64,000 nucleotides of DNA, taken from Octopus vulgaris. Lineage: Eukaryota. Numbering within the stretch: position 1 is the stretch's first letter; every line of letters begins with the position of its first letter. Positions 27,276-40,569 of the stretch are shown piece after piece. The notes beneath the pieces were generated by a model, which did not search any database, was not told where the DNA came from, and saw nothing but the letters and a program-made list of their open reading frames with translations. Location: contig OX597815.1 of NCBI GenBank assembly GCA_951406725.2, positions 162,440,001-162,504,000 of the forward strand. Reading direction: 5' to 3'. Position numbers and translations under genes: made by a program.

Positions 27276-27280
27276 TACTT
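26735..27280. repeat. Long (TA)n/(TATACA)n microsatellite
   Basis: Directly visible. Confidence 0.95.
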
Positions 27281-28068
27281 ATTGAGTGTGTTTGTGTAAT
27301 CATCTTTGAGGTTGTATTTACAGAGAAAGGGAGAGAGAAATTGGCCAATTTAGAATGCATTACAGCATAAAAAAAACAACAAAACAAAATAAAACAACCA
27401 GAAAGAAATATTAAATGTACTCTTTGCTCTGCATGTGCAAATATAAATATGCAGAGTTAAAATTTGAGGATTGTGAAATATCAGACTTGAGGAAGGATAT
27501 GAAACAGGTAATTAACATAAATGCCTTATGACGAGAATCGAAAAATACAAAACAAAATACGAAGAAGTCATCTCTTCCATTCTATAGACTAGAAAATGTA
27601 ATAGTTGCAGGCATCAAATGAATTACTTTGGGTAAGTTCCAGTTGGACTTTATCCACACATAATTTCAGCTAACTTTCTTAAGTCATTTAATTCTTTTAA
27701 ATTCTTAAAACTATTTTCTCTTGAAGCTGTCGTAACAAAACAACAACATCAATGAAAATCAGCTTTAAATTCACTGTTAAGTAAGGAGACTGGGTTGTGA
27801 TCTTTCAATTGATATAATCTTAATGTGCCACAATTTATCCAGATATAAATAGCAGACAAAAAAAAACAACAAGGCTGTGTGGTAAGAAGCTTGCTTCCCA
27901 ACTACATGGTTCCTAGTTCAGTCCCATGGCATGGCACCTTGGGTATGTGTCTTCTGCTTTCGAATCAGTAGAGTGATGAACAAAATGTCATGAGCTATCT
28001 AGTTACAGCTCTTTTCATTCTGAGTTCAATCTCTATTAGGGTCAACTTTGCTTATCGCTCTTCTAGAT

Positions 28069-28353
28069 CAGGGGTTCTCAACCATTTTTTATGTATGGAC
28101 CCCTTTCATTACTATTTTATTCTGTTGGATCCCTGTAGAGCCATTTGATATTTAAAAACTAGTTTTATACAAACTTATTTCAAAATTCTTATTTTGTTTT
28201 CCCCCACATTAACTTGCGTAGGTTGGAAAATATAAAATGTTAGAGATAAAGCAAAATATTTTCAGGGCCCTTAAGATACTATTGTGGATCTCCAATTCAT
28301 TATTTTGTGCTGACTCCCCAAAATCTGATGTGGATCCTAGTTGAGAACCACTG
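28069..28353. mobile_element. hAT (Charlie-like) MITE
   Basis: TIRs CAGGGGTTCTCAAC / GTTGAGAACCACTG with a perfect 8-bp TSD TTCTAGAT (28061-68, 28354-61) matching the NTCTAGAN target. Inserted in a family B SINE fragment. Confidence 0.92.
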
Positions 28354-29758
28354 TTCTAGATAAATGAATAACCAGGTTTGATTAATAAACACCAGTCAAA
28401 TACTATGGCGAATATCATTGCTGAGACTCCCATCATGTCTAAAATGAGCTTTTGCCTGCTACAAAATCAGTATTAAGGACATGGGAGAGAAGATATGTTT
28501 ATCTATGAAAGGCTTGTTGTTGTTTAACCCAGGTCAGTTCTGTTCAAGCAGACATGTCATCAGCGCATTCTAGTCATGACCATTCCTTTTTATTTTCGGA
28601 CAATGTATCCAGGACTATATAATCCTACGTATCCACTTTTATTTTACTAGAAGGTTGGTTTGAGGGGAATTTTGTTGCTGTTTCTAGCAGGTGCCAGTGC
28701 CACTTAAAAAGCACCTATACAGGTGCAGCATTAATGCATAAATGCACATAAAATTTAATGCATAAATGGCACATAAAAAGCAGCCAGCACACTTAGTTAA
28801 GTGGTTGGTGTTAGGAAGGGCATCCAGCTATAGACAACATGCCATGACAGATAGTTGGAGTCTGGACAGCTCCCTGCTAGCCAGCTCCAGGTCAAACCAT
28901 CCAACCCATGGAGCACAGATGTTAAACAATGATGATGATGATCCCATTGATAAGAAAACAAAATTGAGTTCACAGCCATATAATTCCTCTTTATCACACA
29001 ATGTTGGATGATTTTAAAAAGTTTTAAAACCATCCCCTAATTTTATAAAACATAGCAATTTGCTAACTTATTTTTCAGTCCTCACAGTACTCCTCACCCC
29101 TATGAGGAACACTAAATAGGTCAGTAGCTATTGTGGCCCAGTCGCAGGTAAACTCTGAACAAGCACACCTATAATCAAAAGCAATCCAGCCATGGTCAGC
29201 CCACCTTTATTCAGGCCCAGTGTATTTAAGACTGAATTATCCATTGTCTCTTGATTTTTTAAGGCAATAATATGAATTGATGGAAATTTGGCAGCTATAT
29301 CCAGCAAGACAAGAGACAAAGTAAAAAGTTCTGTCTAGTATTGAATAGATAGTTAAAGGATTAATACATTATCTCTTGACATTTCTTGGTTTTTGCACAG
29401 TCAGCTTTAAGTGTCAACATTCTCAAATCATTTGCCAAAATCTTGCCAGATCATATATTATCATGAGTATAAATAAACAAAGGAGCTCCTATGTAATTGC
29501 TGAAACCTTTAGAAATAACAGGGCAAATCCCCATCAAATCAACCACATTCTTATTGTCTTAAAAAGAGAATAGCACACAGGATAATGTAGATCTAGATAC
29601 ACTACAATTGAAAAAGGAAAGAATGATCATAGTTGGAAGAAGAAAAAAGCAGGTTTCTATACACTGATAAGCACACATACATTGTGCAATGGAATATCTC
29701 ACACACACACACACACACACACACATACATCATGTACAAACAAGCACATGTACATATA

Positions 29759-29978
29759 CATGCTGTCCATAAATTATCTTTACAATTGAAAAATTCAGGA
29801 ATAAAAACAGGACAACTCAGCAGGTTGCATGCAACCAATGGAGCTCACGTGGAAGTGTTCAGATGTTTCTAATAAAACTTTATTTGTTTGCCTTTGTTTT
29901 CCAATAAACTCTGAGTTATCTTTATCCTTTTCTTTTCCTGAATTTTTCAAATTGTAAAGGTAATTTATGGACACTCTG
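29759..29978. mobile_element. Tc1/mariner-type MITE
   Basis: ~40-bp TIRs (tgtccataaattatctttacaattgaaaaattcagga and its reverse complement ending ...ggacactctg) flanked by TA. Confidence 0.82.
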
Positions 29979-30769
29979 TATATGATATGTGTGCGTGCAC
30001 AAACACACACACACATACACGCACATATGTATTTATGATGTTAGACACCTCTACAGATACATTTAAATGCTTCCTCCAACTTATTCACACATCAAATTTA
30101 TACTCTGCAATTATCACGGAAGTAAATCTGCTTTGCTAGTACAATTATAGATGATTATATTTGCTAACATCAATCAGTGTTAAATTGGGGCAAATCTCAG
30201 CTGGAAACTAATGCTTAGGTAATCCTAAGCAGATTATTATTATTATTATTATTTAGATTAATCTCTCAGGCTCACTGCAGTACAAAGTGATGCTTACACA
30301 AGCAAGCAAAGTAATAACAAAGCTACAATAACAATGACCTTTGGTTAAATGAAATGTTATGAGAGATTTCTATTCATTTTGCATTTGAACAGAATAGCAA
30401 TTAGCATCTTCTTTTGAAACCAAAGAATAATTAATACTTAAAGAATTACTGCACATTCCTCCTGTACACCTTTCGTTCTACTGAGGTGAGGGCGTCATTA
30501 AAATAAAGTACCAGTCAAGTACTGGGGTTAATTTAAGAGATGGATGCTAGACTGCAGCTGAGAATCCTGACAGTCTTGGTATTACTTGCCCTTTAAGGAT
30601 TGATAAGGGTATAAAGTCTAACAGATACAGTATTCTTGTGAGGAGTAGCAACCCTGGTTATTATTAACTTTGAAAGACGTAATGATGGGGAAAATATCAC
30701 ATAAATCCTATAATCAATGGGATGTATGGCACATCTAGAATCATGCCAGATGCTAGATGGACAGAAGTA

Positions 30770-31660
30770 TTGGGTGATCCCATAAATAATGTGGTTTTTT
30801 ATACTTCTTTTATTTTTTAAAAATTAAGATAAACAAAGTTCTTTTTTAATCTAAAATATACTCTCCTTCAATTTCTACAATGCTCTTCCATCTTCCAAAT
30901 TCACTTATCTGTGATGAAAAATACTCCTCCAGTACTGTTTTAATCTTGTCTACAGAATTCATATTTTTCCTGTCCAAATGATTTTGAAGACAGCAGAATA
31001 AATGATAATTAGATGGGGCAATATCAGGCAAATATGGTGGGTGGGGCATCGTTTCCCATTCAAACTGCTCCAGCCTTTGGGATGTCATCCTCACTGTATG
31101 TGGCTGAGCATTATCCTGATGGAAGAACCTTTCATCTTGAAACAAAAGATGGCCATTTTTCTTCTAGCGCTGACTTGAATGACTGGTTAAATGTCCAAAT
31201 CCAAGCTTCTCTGCTAGTTCCTCAACAATTACAATGGGATTTTGTTCCACCAAGGTGTGCAGGATGTCCTCGTCAAACTCTACAGATCTTCCAGGATGAG
31301 GCTCATTTTCTAGACTGTAGTTTCCAGCTCGGAATTTCTGGAACCACTGTTGACACTGGCTTGTGCTTATTGTTTGAACCCCATATACAGCATAAATATT
31401 CCTCACACTTTCTGTTGCATTGTTGCCTTTATTGTACTCATAAAGTAAAACATGCCAAATATGCTCCTTTGTCACTTCCATTATAGCTTTGAAAAAATAA
31501 CTGTTAAAATCGAAATGCACTCTTCAAAACTTGCACTAAAAATAAGTAGAAGGTAAAATTACTACCTGCTTTTATAGAAAGTTGATGCAGGTAGTTTATC
31601 CTGTCCCCCTCTGACTTTTAGTTCATGCAATTTTAAAAAATGCATTATGTGATGACCCAA
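30770..31660 (-). mobile_element. Internally deleted mariner (DD34D family) transposon
   Basis: TA|TTGGGT...ACCCAA|TA termini. HTH ORF 31164-31520 (WFQKFRAGNYSLENEPHPGR) and catalytic ORF 30846-31145 (HQDNAQPH...HPPYLPDIAPSNYHLF). Confidence 0.93.
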
Positions 31661-31679
31661 TATAAGATCTTATGTTATA

Positions 31680-32079
31680 CTAGTAGTATCGACTGGCATT
31701 GCTCGGGTTTGTAAGGGAAATAACTATATAAGCATTTTTAGAGATGTAAAGTATAATAGCCATCTCAATATGGCTAACCACAAAGGGGGGTGTTACTGTA
31801 GCTTTTTACGTTCTGAGATTTAATAATACATTTTTAGTGAGTTACTTCCCTTATATAACAGCAAAAAAAATGCATTAAAAATGGGAAAAAAATGATGATA
31901 AATTTTTTTTTAAATCGTAGACTCATCGTAGACGCGCGCTAATACCCAGAAGGGCTCGATATGAATCACGACTATAAAATACCCGCTTTTGGTTACACTG
32001 TACCGCAAAATGTGAGAGTAGTTAGGAATCTAAATCGTAGGAGACAGACAGCACACAACCTCACTTTTATATATAAAGA
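31680..32079 (-). mobile_element. Complete 400-bp non-autonomous Helitron
   Basis: Minus strand reads A|TCTTTATATATAAAAG ... CCCGAGCAATGCC...ATACTA-CTAG|T: 5' TC, subterminal hairpin, 3' CTAG and an A^T target. Confidence 0.88.
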
Positions 32080-34941
32080 TTAGATAAATATTTGCTTACT
32101 CTAACAATGAACTTATATGTATAAATCTGCTTGACCAGAGTTGAGCTGGAGGATAAACATCATCAACAGGCTAATGAGACAGCCTCCAGGCAGTCACTCA
32201 AACTGCCAGAAATTTGTAAAAAAATTTTGCAGCTCTTTAATCCTTCAGATTATCAAATGTAACGCTTATTTATTCACATTGTTTTGAACTAGTCATGCTG
32301 CTATTTTGTAGCTTTGTATTTTTCAATGATATGATTGTTTATTTTTAGAATGACATTATAGGGTAGGTGTGAGAGGCCATATCTGGCTGGTTTGAACATA
32401 AAACAGGCGGAATATTTGGGTAGGATATGGCCAGTTTAAATGCTGAAAGCTTAAGATTGAGGAATACTCCTACTCACACATGGCCATCATAAATTTACAT
32501 GTGTGTCATGTCTACATATTTTAATGGTTTACACACACACACAATATATACTGGTGTCACACAACTGGCACCCATGGTGGTGGCATGTAAAAGCACCCAT
32601 TACAGTCTCGGAGTGGTTGGCATTAGGAAGGTCATCCAGCCGTAGAAACCATACCAAATCAGACTGGACAACAGACATTAAATAATGATGATGATAGTGA
32701 TAATGACATATGGTCTGGCTTCTGTTTTGTACAAAATATGTGTATGTGTGTGCGTGTGCTTGACGGGGATAGCTTCTTTTGGAAATGATACACATACAAT
32801 ATAGACTCTTATTTCATACCAGTGATGGTGCATGAACTTTTACCAGACTTCAAAAATTTTTTGAGATATAACATATTTACTTATTCTTTTCTATTCTAGG
32901 CACAAGGCCCAAAATTTTTGGGGAGGGGGCCAGTCGATCAGATGGACCCCAGTACGCAACTGGTACTTAATTTATCAACCCCAAAAGGATGAAAGGCAAA
33001 GTCAACCTTGGTGGAATTTGAACTCAGAATGTAAAGACAGACGAAATACCACTAAGCATGTTGCCTGGCATGCTAACATTTCTGCCAGCTCGCCACCTTA
33101 ACATATTTACTTATTTGATAAGCAGATAAATTAATGATGGAACTTCTTCAGCGGGAATCAACATTTGAGTTACTAGAAAACAGCAGCCAAATCGCTTTCA
33201 TATAACACCAGACTATTTTGAAACAGAAGTAACACAGACATTAAAGTCGTACACAAATAAATAAAAAAAGAAATAAAGAGAAAAAACAATGGGATGTCTC
33301 AATCGGAAATGCTCTCAATCAGAACAGATTTAGGTATAACAGTAATAAAAGCATAAGGACTCTTGAAGGGGCCTGAAAGGTCATGAAGACAGTTCCTTCC
33401 CCCAGATATAATCAACAAAAAAAAAAAAAAAAAAAAAAAAATTGTGTAGCGGGAAAGATAATCCTTTCTACTATAGGTACAAGACCTGGAATTTTGAGAG
33501 AGGGGACAAGTCAATTACATCGACCCCAGTATTTCACTAGTACTTAATTTATCAACCCTGAAAGGATGAAAGGCAAAGTCGACCTTGGAAAGATAATATA
33601 AAACGTTTTTCCCCCATGAGGGCAGCTGTTATTTTCTTGTATCTCACCTACATATTGTTCCTTATGATTTTTTTTTTATTATAGAAACAACATTCGAAAC
33701 ATTGTTAAAGCTCTAGAGTTTTAGCTTCATGTTCAGGTTAAGAAAAAGCCAAAACAAAAAACATAAAACAAAAGGAAACTACAATACACAATTATGATTC
33801 ATTGTGTAATAATAAACTTCTCATATTTGTGACAATGACAGATGGCAATATAAAGTTTGCATTCAGAATACACTTATGTGATTAATAAACCCCTGTCTCT
33901 TAAAACATGTACACACCATTAGTCTACTCTCAGGTTGCTTCTTCGTGTTCTGCTGTTTATATTACTATAGCAATACACAGATGCTTTCACCTTCAAATTT
34001 ACAATCCACTCAAAATTATTGATAGTGCTTGACTTTCTACCTTATATTATCAACACACAACCTTTCTCTGAATAACAACTCTGGTTTTAGTTATCTATTT
34101 ATTTATTTATTTTCAAAACTACAATATTTCAGAAACTTCCTGCAGCTCAAATGTATAAGATTATATGAATGAATGAATGTATTCTAAGTTTGTCTCTCCT
34201 TACATATACATATATTGATGTATATGCATACATTTTTCTCTTCTCTCTCTCTCTATGTATGTATGTATATAAAGATATGAGAGAAAGAAAATGGAATTCA
34301 AGAGACTCTATTATTCACTACAGTCATTTCGATCCATCATGCACTTATGCCTCGGAGGTGAGATGCTGTACAAATATAGTGGTACATTGTAGGTGCAGAT
34401 GTGTCTTGTCAGGTGACTTGTCAAGCAGTACCTTGTTTTGAATGTGTATGTGTGTGTGTGTGTGTATTATGATTTTATTCAACATATTGCCCTCTCAGAT
34501 TCATACACTTATTGCAGTAGCCCTTCAGTTTTCCTAAGCTGTAGTTGGAGGCCCAACTTGGAAGGTTGGGCCTCCAGCCAAGCCTTCCGTGATACCCTTT
34601 AAACCAGAAACTTTGATTTGATTTTGATATTGCTGATGTTGATGTACTTGACACGGCATCGGCTATGTTCGGATTGTGTTTTTTATGTGCCACTGGCACA
34701 GAAGCCAATCAAGGTTGCACTGGCATCGGCCATGTTCGGATCGTACTTTTTACGTGCTACCGGCACGGGGCTCACAACTACAATTTCCATTAGATTTGAT
34801 TTTGATATTGCTGATGTTGCTGTGCTTGACTCAATAGGTCTCCTCAAGCACGGCATGTCGCCCTATAATCCAAAGTACTTTTTAGTGGGCTGGTTAGTGG
34901 TATACGTTACAGCTGTGGATTCACTTTGCTTGCCATATAAA

Positions 34942-34973
<32 letters not shown>

Positions 34974-34974
<1 letters not shown>

Positions 34975-35432
34975 AATAAAAAAAAGGGAAATAAGGAAAG
35001 CTGCCCATCTAGCTAACCAAATGGCAGGATCTATTTAGACACATTTCTTTCACTGTACACTTCTAAAGATGGGCCTTTGTGTCTGAAATATATAAGGGTT
35101 TTTCATCTTACATCTCAACATTGTTAGAAGCTTCTCTCATTTTTCTTTTTGTTTATTATTCTACTTCTGTACTACAATGCTTCAAGCAAACTACAACACT
35201 CTGCTTTATTTTGAGATTGCTAGTGTTAACAATACTCACAAATAAAATACAGACTGGAGTTGTAGTGCTCCAAGTGAGCTATATTCCGCTTAATAATCTC
35301 AATGGAGGCAATGCAAGCAGAAACTAGAGGAACATAATTAATAACCACACTCAAAATCATATATAGCCATACTCAAAATCATGTATATATTTGATTTTGA
35401 GTGTGGTTATTAATTATATTCCCCTAGTTTCT
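34974..35432 (+). mobile_element. Probable Penelope-like remnant with a degenerate hammerhead (35058-35098) and a terminal hairpin (35319-35432)
   Basis: CTAAAGA-T-GGGC-ctttgt-GTCT-GAAA-TATA-TA-AGGG. About 45-bp inverted arms at the right end. Flanked by (TG)n on both sides. Confidence 0.5.
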
Positions 35433-35439
35433 CCCCCCC

Positions 35440-35516
<77 letters not shown>

Positions 35517-36112
35517 AGACATTTATTTATATACATACGGCGTACATATATATTCACATACAAACATGGATGTGTAGTTAAGAAGTTCACTTTGCAACCA
35601 GATGGTTTTAAATATGTTTATGTGTCTGTGTCTTCATGTCTGTCCACACCCCACCACTTAACAACAGGTGTAGGTTTGTTTATGTCCCCATAGCTTAACG
35701 GTTTGACAAAAAGAGACCAATAGAATAAGTACCAGGCTTTAAAAAAATAAGTACTGGGGTGATTCATTTGACAGAAAGATCTTCAAGGCAGTGCCCCAGC
35801 ATGGCTACAGTATAATGACTGAAACAAGTAAAAGATAAAAAAGAAAAGATACACATAAAATAGGTGCAGGCATGGCTGCGTGATAAAAAGCTTTCTTCCC
35901 AACTACATGGTTCTGGGTGCAGCCCCACTGCATAGTACCTTCTACTATAGCCAACCAAACCCTTTTGAGTAGATTTGGTAGATGGAAACTGAAAGAAGCA
36001 TATAGTGTATGTATATATATAGGGATGGTTACATGCAAGGAAATACTGGTTCAATACCTAGTATTGTTGGGGAAAGAAATTCCCTTAAAACAATAGGTAT
36101 ATATTTAGCATA

Positions 36113-36573
36113 CAGCTTATATTCAGTTAAATGAAGAAAAAAAATGGAGATAAGGAAGTTAACAATTATTTATAATGAACAAATTGGTCATTCTTCTTAT
36201 AGCCATTTCAATAAATACTCAATAATTTAATTACAAATTTGTACATTAAATTTGCATTTACGTGACATGAGAATTATTTCATTAGACAAAAAGATGTACC
36301 TTGAGATGTGGACCTATCAGTTCATTTCAGCATACTGAGTCTGTTGAAATGAACTGATAGGTCTGCATATAACGTCTCAAGGTACATCTTTTTCTCTGAT
36401 GAAATTATGCTCATGTTACATAGATGCAAATTTAATGTACAAATTTATAATTAAATTATTGAATATTAATTGAAACGACAGTAAGAAGTAAGGATGACCA
36501 ATTTGTTAATAATAGATAATTGTTAACTTCCTTATCTCCATTTTCTTTTCTTCATTTAACTGGATATGAACTA
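36113..36573. mobile_element. ~460-bp palindrome formed by two inverted Penelope-like pLTRs, each with a hammerhead motif
   Basis: Arms 36113-36332 and 36342-36573 are reverse complements with a 9-nt loop. The right arm reads TTTCT-CTGATGA-AATTA...TAATT-GAAAC-GACA-GTA-AGAAG. Confidence 0.8.
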
Positions 36574-37699
36574 TATATATATATATTTATGTGTGTGTGT
36601 GTCTGTTTTTCCCCCAGCCATCACTTGATAACTGGTGCTAGTGTGTTTATGTCCTTGTAACTTAGTGGCTCAGCAAAAGAAATCTATAGAATAAGTACTA
36701 AACTTACAAAGAATAAGCCCTGCTCCAGCATGGCTGTAGTTAAATGGCTGAAGCAAGTAAAAGAATAAAATCTATTATTACAGGAGTGACAGGATACATA
36801 ACAACCCACCTGGATCTAAATACGACCGACCTTGGATTCTTGGAAAAAGCGCATAATTCCATTGTACAGACAATAAATAATTGTGATATCTGGAATAATA
36901 AAAATCTGTACAATCTCAAAATTTGAAGGCTAATGGCTATCTTTTCCTTATTTTTAGTCATTGGACGATGGCCATGCTGGGACACTGCCTTGATGGGTAT
37001 AATGAAACAAAATGACTCCAGTATTTATATAAGCCTAGTATTTATTCTGTTGGGATTTTTTTTTTTTTTTTTTGCTGAACTACTAAGTTATAAGGACAGA
37101 AACAAACCAACACCAGTTAAGCAGTGGTAGGGAATGGGCAAAGTGTCACAAAAAGACACAAAGATACACATACATTAAGAAGAATACTGGTTTCTTATTT
37201 TTTATACTATTTCCTTTTGAAGCAGCAATCCATTTTCTTTTCTTTTGTGCTTTAAATAGCATCCCTATTCCTATTTTTTCTACATTTTACATGGCACTGG
37301 CACCAGTGAGGTCACCAAGTAACTCACAAAAGGGGTCTTGTCTTGCAAGTTACTTAGTGACTTCACCAGTGCTACTGCCATGTAAAAATCACCAAATACA
37401 TTCTGTAGAGTGCTTGATGTTAGGAGGGGCATCTAGCCATAGAAACCATGCCAAACTAGCTGTTGGATCTTGGCACAGGTCTCTGGCTTGCTAGTTCCTG
37501 TTGAGTCATCCAATCCATGCCAGCATGGGAAATGGATGTTAAGTTGTGATGATGATGAGAATGTGTTGGTAATTTCAGGCCTGTTGTGTTTCAAAACAAG
37601 AACAGTGATCTTTCAGCTGAAGTTAGCGGGTATGAAATGGTTGAAACTAGAAGTAAAACACCAAAGACAAACAAAGATGGTATCAAGAAAAGAAGAGGT

Positions 37700-40190
37700 A
37701 GGAGCATGAAAAGAAAAAGCTGGAACAATGTGGAAGACACAAACTAAGAAATCAGAGATTAGCAAACCAACATGCAAATGAATCATACTAGCAGTGGAAG
37801 GTGTGATGTTCTAGCAAGAATCAGTATAATGTTAATTGACATGTAAATTATTTGTCTGGGGAATAGCAGGTGTTGCATACTAACAGGAATTAGTGATTTG
37901 TAAGGTGATGTGCAAATTATCTGAGTAGTAGCAAGTGCAGTACGCTAACAAGAATCACAATTAGCAAACCAACATGCAAGTGAAATGTCTGAGCAGGCTC
38001 AGGTGCAAGACACTAACAGGAATCAGCATAAGGCAAGCTGACATGAAAACTGAGCCAAAGTTGTGTATAGAACTGTTCATTTCAAATTGCAAGAAAGCCA
38101 AATCAAAATGCCGAACAGCACTATTTGGGATGTACGAATACTATTTGCAATAGGTGCAAAAGTTGCTTGAAGAGCAGTTGAAGGCTCTACCAGATAATCC
38201 AATGTTTATGCTATGCTGTGGAGAAAACAAAGCATAAACTGCCCACTTGCCAATAGCAAATCCAATTGATGGATTTATTCACAGGCAATGATGCTGTTAG
38301 CAGAGAATTAAGAAAACAAAAACATACGTGAGTACAAATGCGCAGTAGTATTCACATCACCTGGAACACAGCATGATAAAGATCTGATTAATGCTGGTAG
38401 AATATGCATACCACTTCTAAGGCAGAGTTACTCACCACACTGAAAGAGTCTTCTATCAGATCCCAGTACAGAACCAACCTATGCATAGCTGCACATATCC
38501 GATCCTGAAATCAGCTGAACAAATGACACTCATGTAACCCACAAATTAGAAATGAAACTATGAAGGTACTTCAAGATTTAATCCAAGAGTGTAATCCATT
38601 TTGGTAGCAGTTTAAACTTATATCAGAAGTAGATGCCAAAAATATGCATGATTTTCATATGGAAATCAATGCATCCATACAGAGTAAACCTATGCATGTT
38701 TAACAGCTTCAGAGGTGGGTGCTATACTTCTTGGAATGGGCTAAGTCTTAAGCTATGAATACCAGATCATTTTATATAAACGTGCTGGAAAAAATGATAT
38801 TTATCCACCATTTGCACATGCTATATGATCCTCTGTCCTTTTTACTTTTGCATTTGAATGGTGAATATGAATATCATTTTAGAACACCTAAAACACTCTG
38901 TACTATGAAACCCTAGAAGGTGGATGCAAGAACAAGGTAGTATGGATGCAAAACTTGAGGTTCACAAATAAATTTCCTTCATAATGATCAAAAAGAGATG
39001 CACACATAATTATACAAGTGCATGGGTCATCTAGAAAGGTTGGGCCATTATTAATGCTGTCATATTCATCTACGGGAGGTCCCTGACACATGCAAAAGCT
39101 TTTCCAGAATACAATGGCAATTGTGAGATATTTTTGGAAGCCAGATCTCTTCATTAAAATGATATGCAACCTTGTGCAAGAAATTACTGTGCAGCTGGGA
39201 TCTGAACAAGCAATAGCCAGTTGACCAGACTGTTTACAAGTGTCTTCTATATGAAGCTAAAGATCAGCTTCAAAATAAGCAAATCACTGAAGTGGAGGGG
39301 ATAACCTCCATGGTTGACTTCCAAAAATAAGGCCTCCTTCATGCACATTTGTTGGTATGGCTGTATCCTGATGGCAGACCATAAACAACAATAATTTATG
39401 ACAAATTTGTGAATGTGGAGCTTCCAAATAAATAAGATCCTGAACTTTACTGAGTTGTAAAATGCATGCTCCAAAGCACATGTGGACCGGATAATCCAAA
39501 TGTGGCATGCATGCATAAGCAACACAAGAAAACAAAGCATTGCCACTTTGACTATCCAAAAGAGTTCAGGACTACAACTGATATCTACCTATACACACTA
39601 GAGTCGATGCCTTGGAAAATGAGTTATGGTTTAACTTTCTCTTGGCTGTAGGTGAAAGGAAACAAACTGATGCAGATGCAAAGATCAAATTGTCAAATGA
39701 ACGCATCCTTATTAAAAGTAAAGAGTAACTCCTACACCATGTGTTTAGTGATCAACTTGATTTACAGTTTGCAAGCATGTTAACTCTTGCAGCTCAAAAC
39801 ATTACAAATACCATGGAGATTATCCCCTCCACTTCAGTGATATGCTTATTTTGAAGCCGATCTTTAACTTCATATAGAAGACACTTGAAAACAGTCTGGT
39901 CAACTGGCTTGCTTGCAAACATTAAAAAGATGTTAAATGAAATCAATGAAATCATCATTGATGCATTTTGAAGAGAAGATTGTATAGATCAGTCTGGACA
40001 CTTCTTCAGTCAATGATGAGCACAATGATTCTTTGTTCTTCCAGACTTTTTAAGCCATTTTATTACTGAAAGGTTACTGCTACCTCATAGATCCCCCACC
40101 ATCTTAAAAGTGGATTCATTGTAACATTTTGCTGACTCTAAGCTTAAAAATTGGTCTAACCAATGGTACACAGGTGATACAACTCATAGT
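37700..40190 (+). mobile_element. Degenerate autonomous-type Helitron (Rep-helicase pseudogene)
   Basis: Ordered remnant motifs with many stops and frameshifts: CCG (38215), YDPLSFLL (38825), GGP*HMQKLFQNTMAIVRYF/KPDLFIKMICN (Rep motif 1, 39070-39170), VDFQK*GLLHAHLL (Rep motif 2, 39313-39355) and NGTQV (Pif1 helicase, 40162). Confidence 0.85.
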
Positions 40191-40569
40191 TTTTTTTACC
40201 ACCCACTTCCTATGACCATACTAATGATGTAATAACAGATGAAAAAAGGTGTACGCAGAATGTTAGAAAGGGAAGGGGCAGACAAAATAGCTTTGTATAT
40301 CAAGAACTAAGCACAGAGAGGTGGATTAAGCATGTTTTGGAGAAAACCTTATTTTGAACAAATACATATTTGAACATATTCAGCAACAAAGCCAAAAGCG
40401 AGCATCAGGAGTGAACAGGTTTATTATAATAATAATAATAATAATAATAATTTCTTTATTTGCCATAATGAAGATATATTACAAGGAAAAAATTCCAGTG
40501 ATGCTGAGGGTTAGCATAGAATTAAAGAAAAGAAAACATGCATGAAAATCAACAGCATAAAGGAATAAG

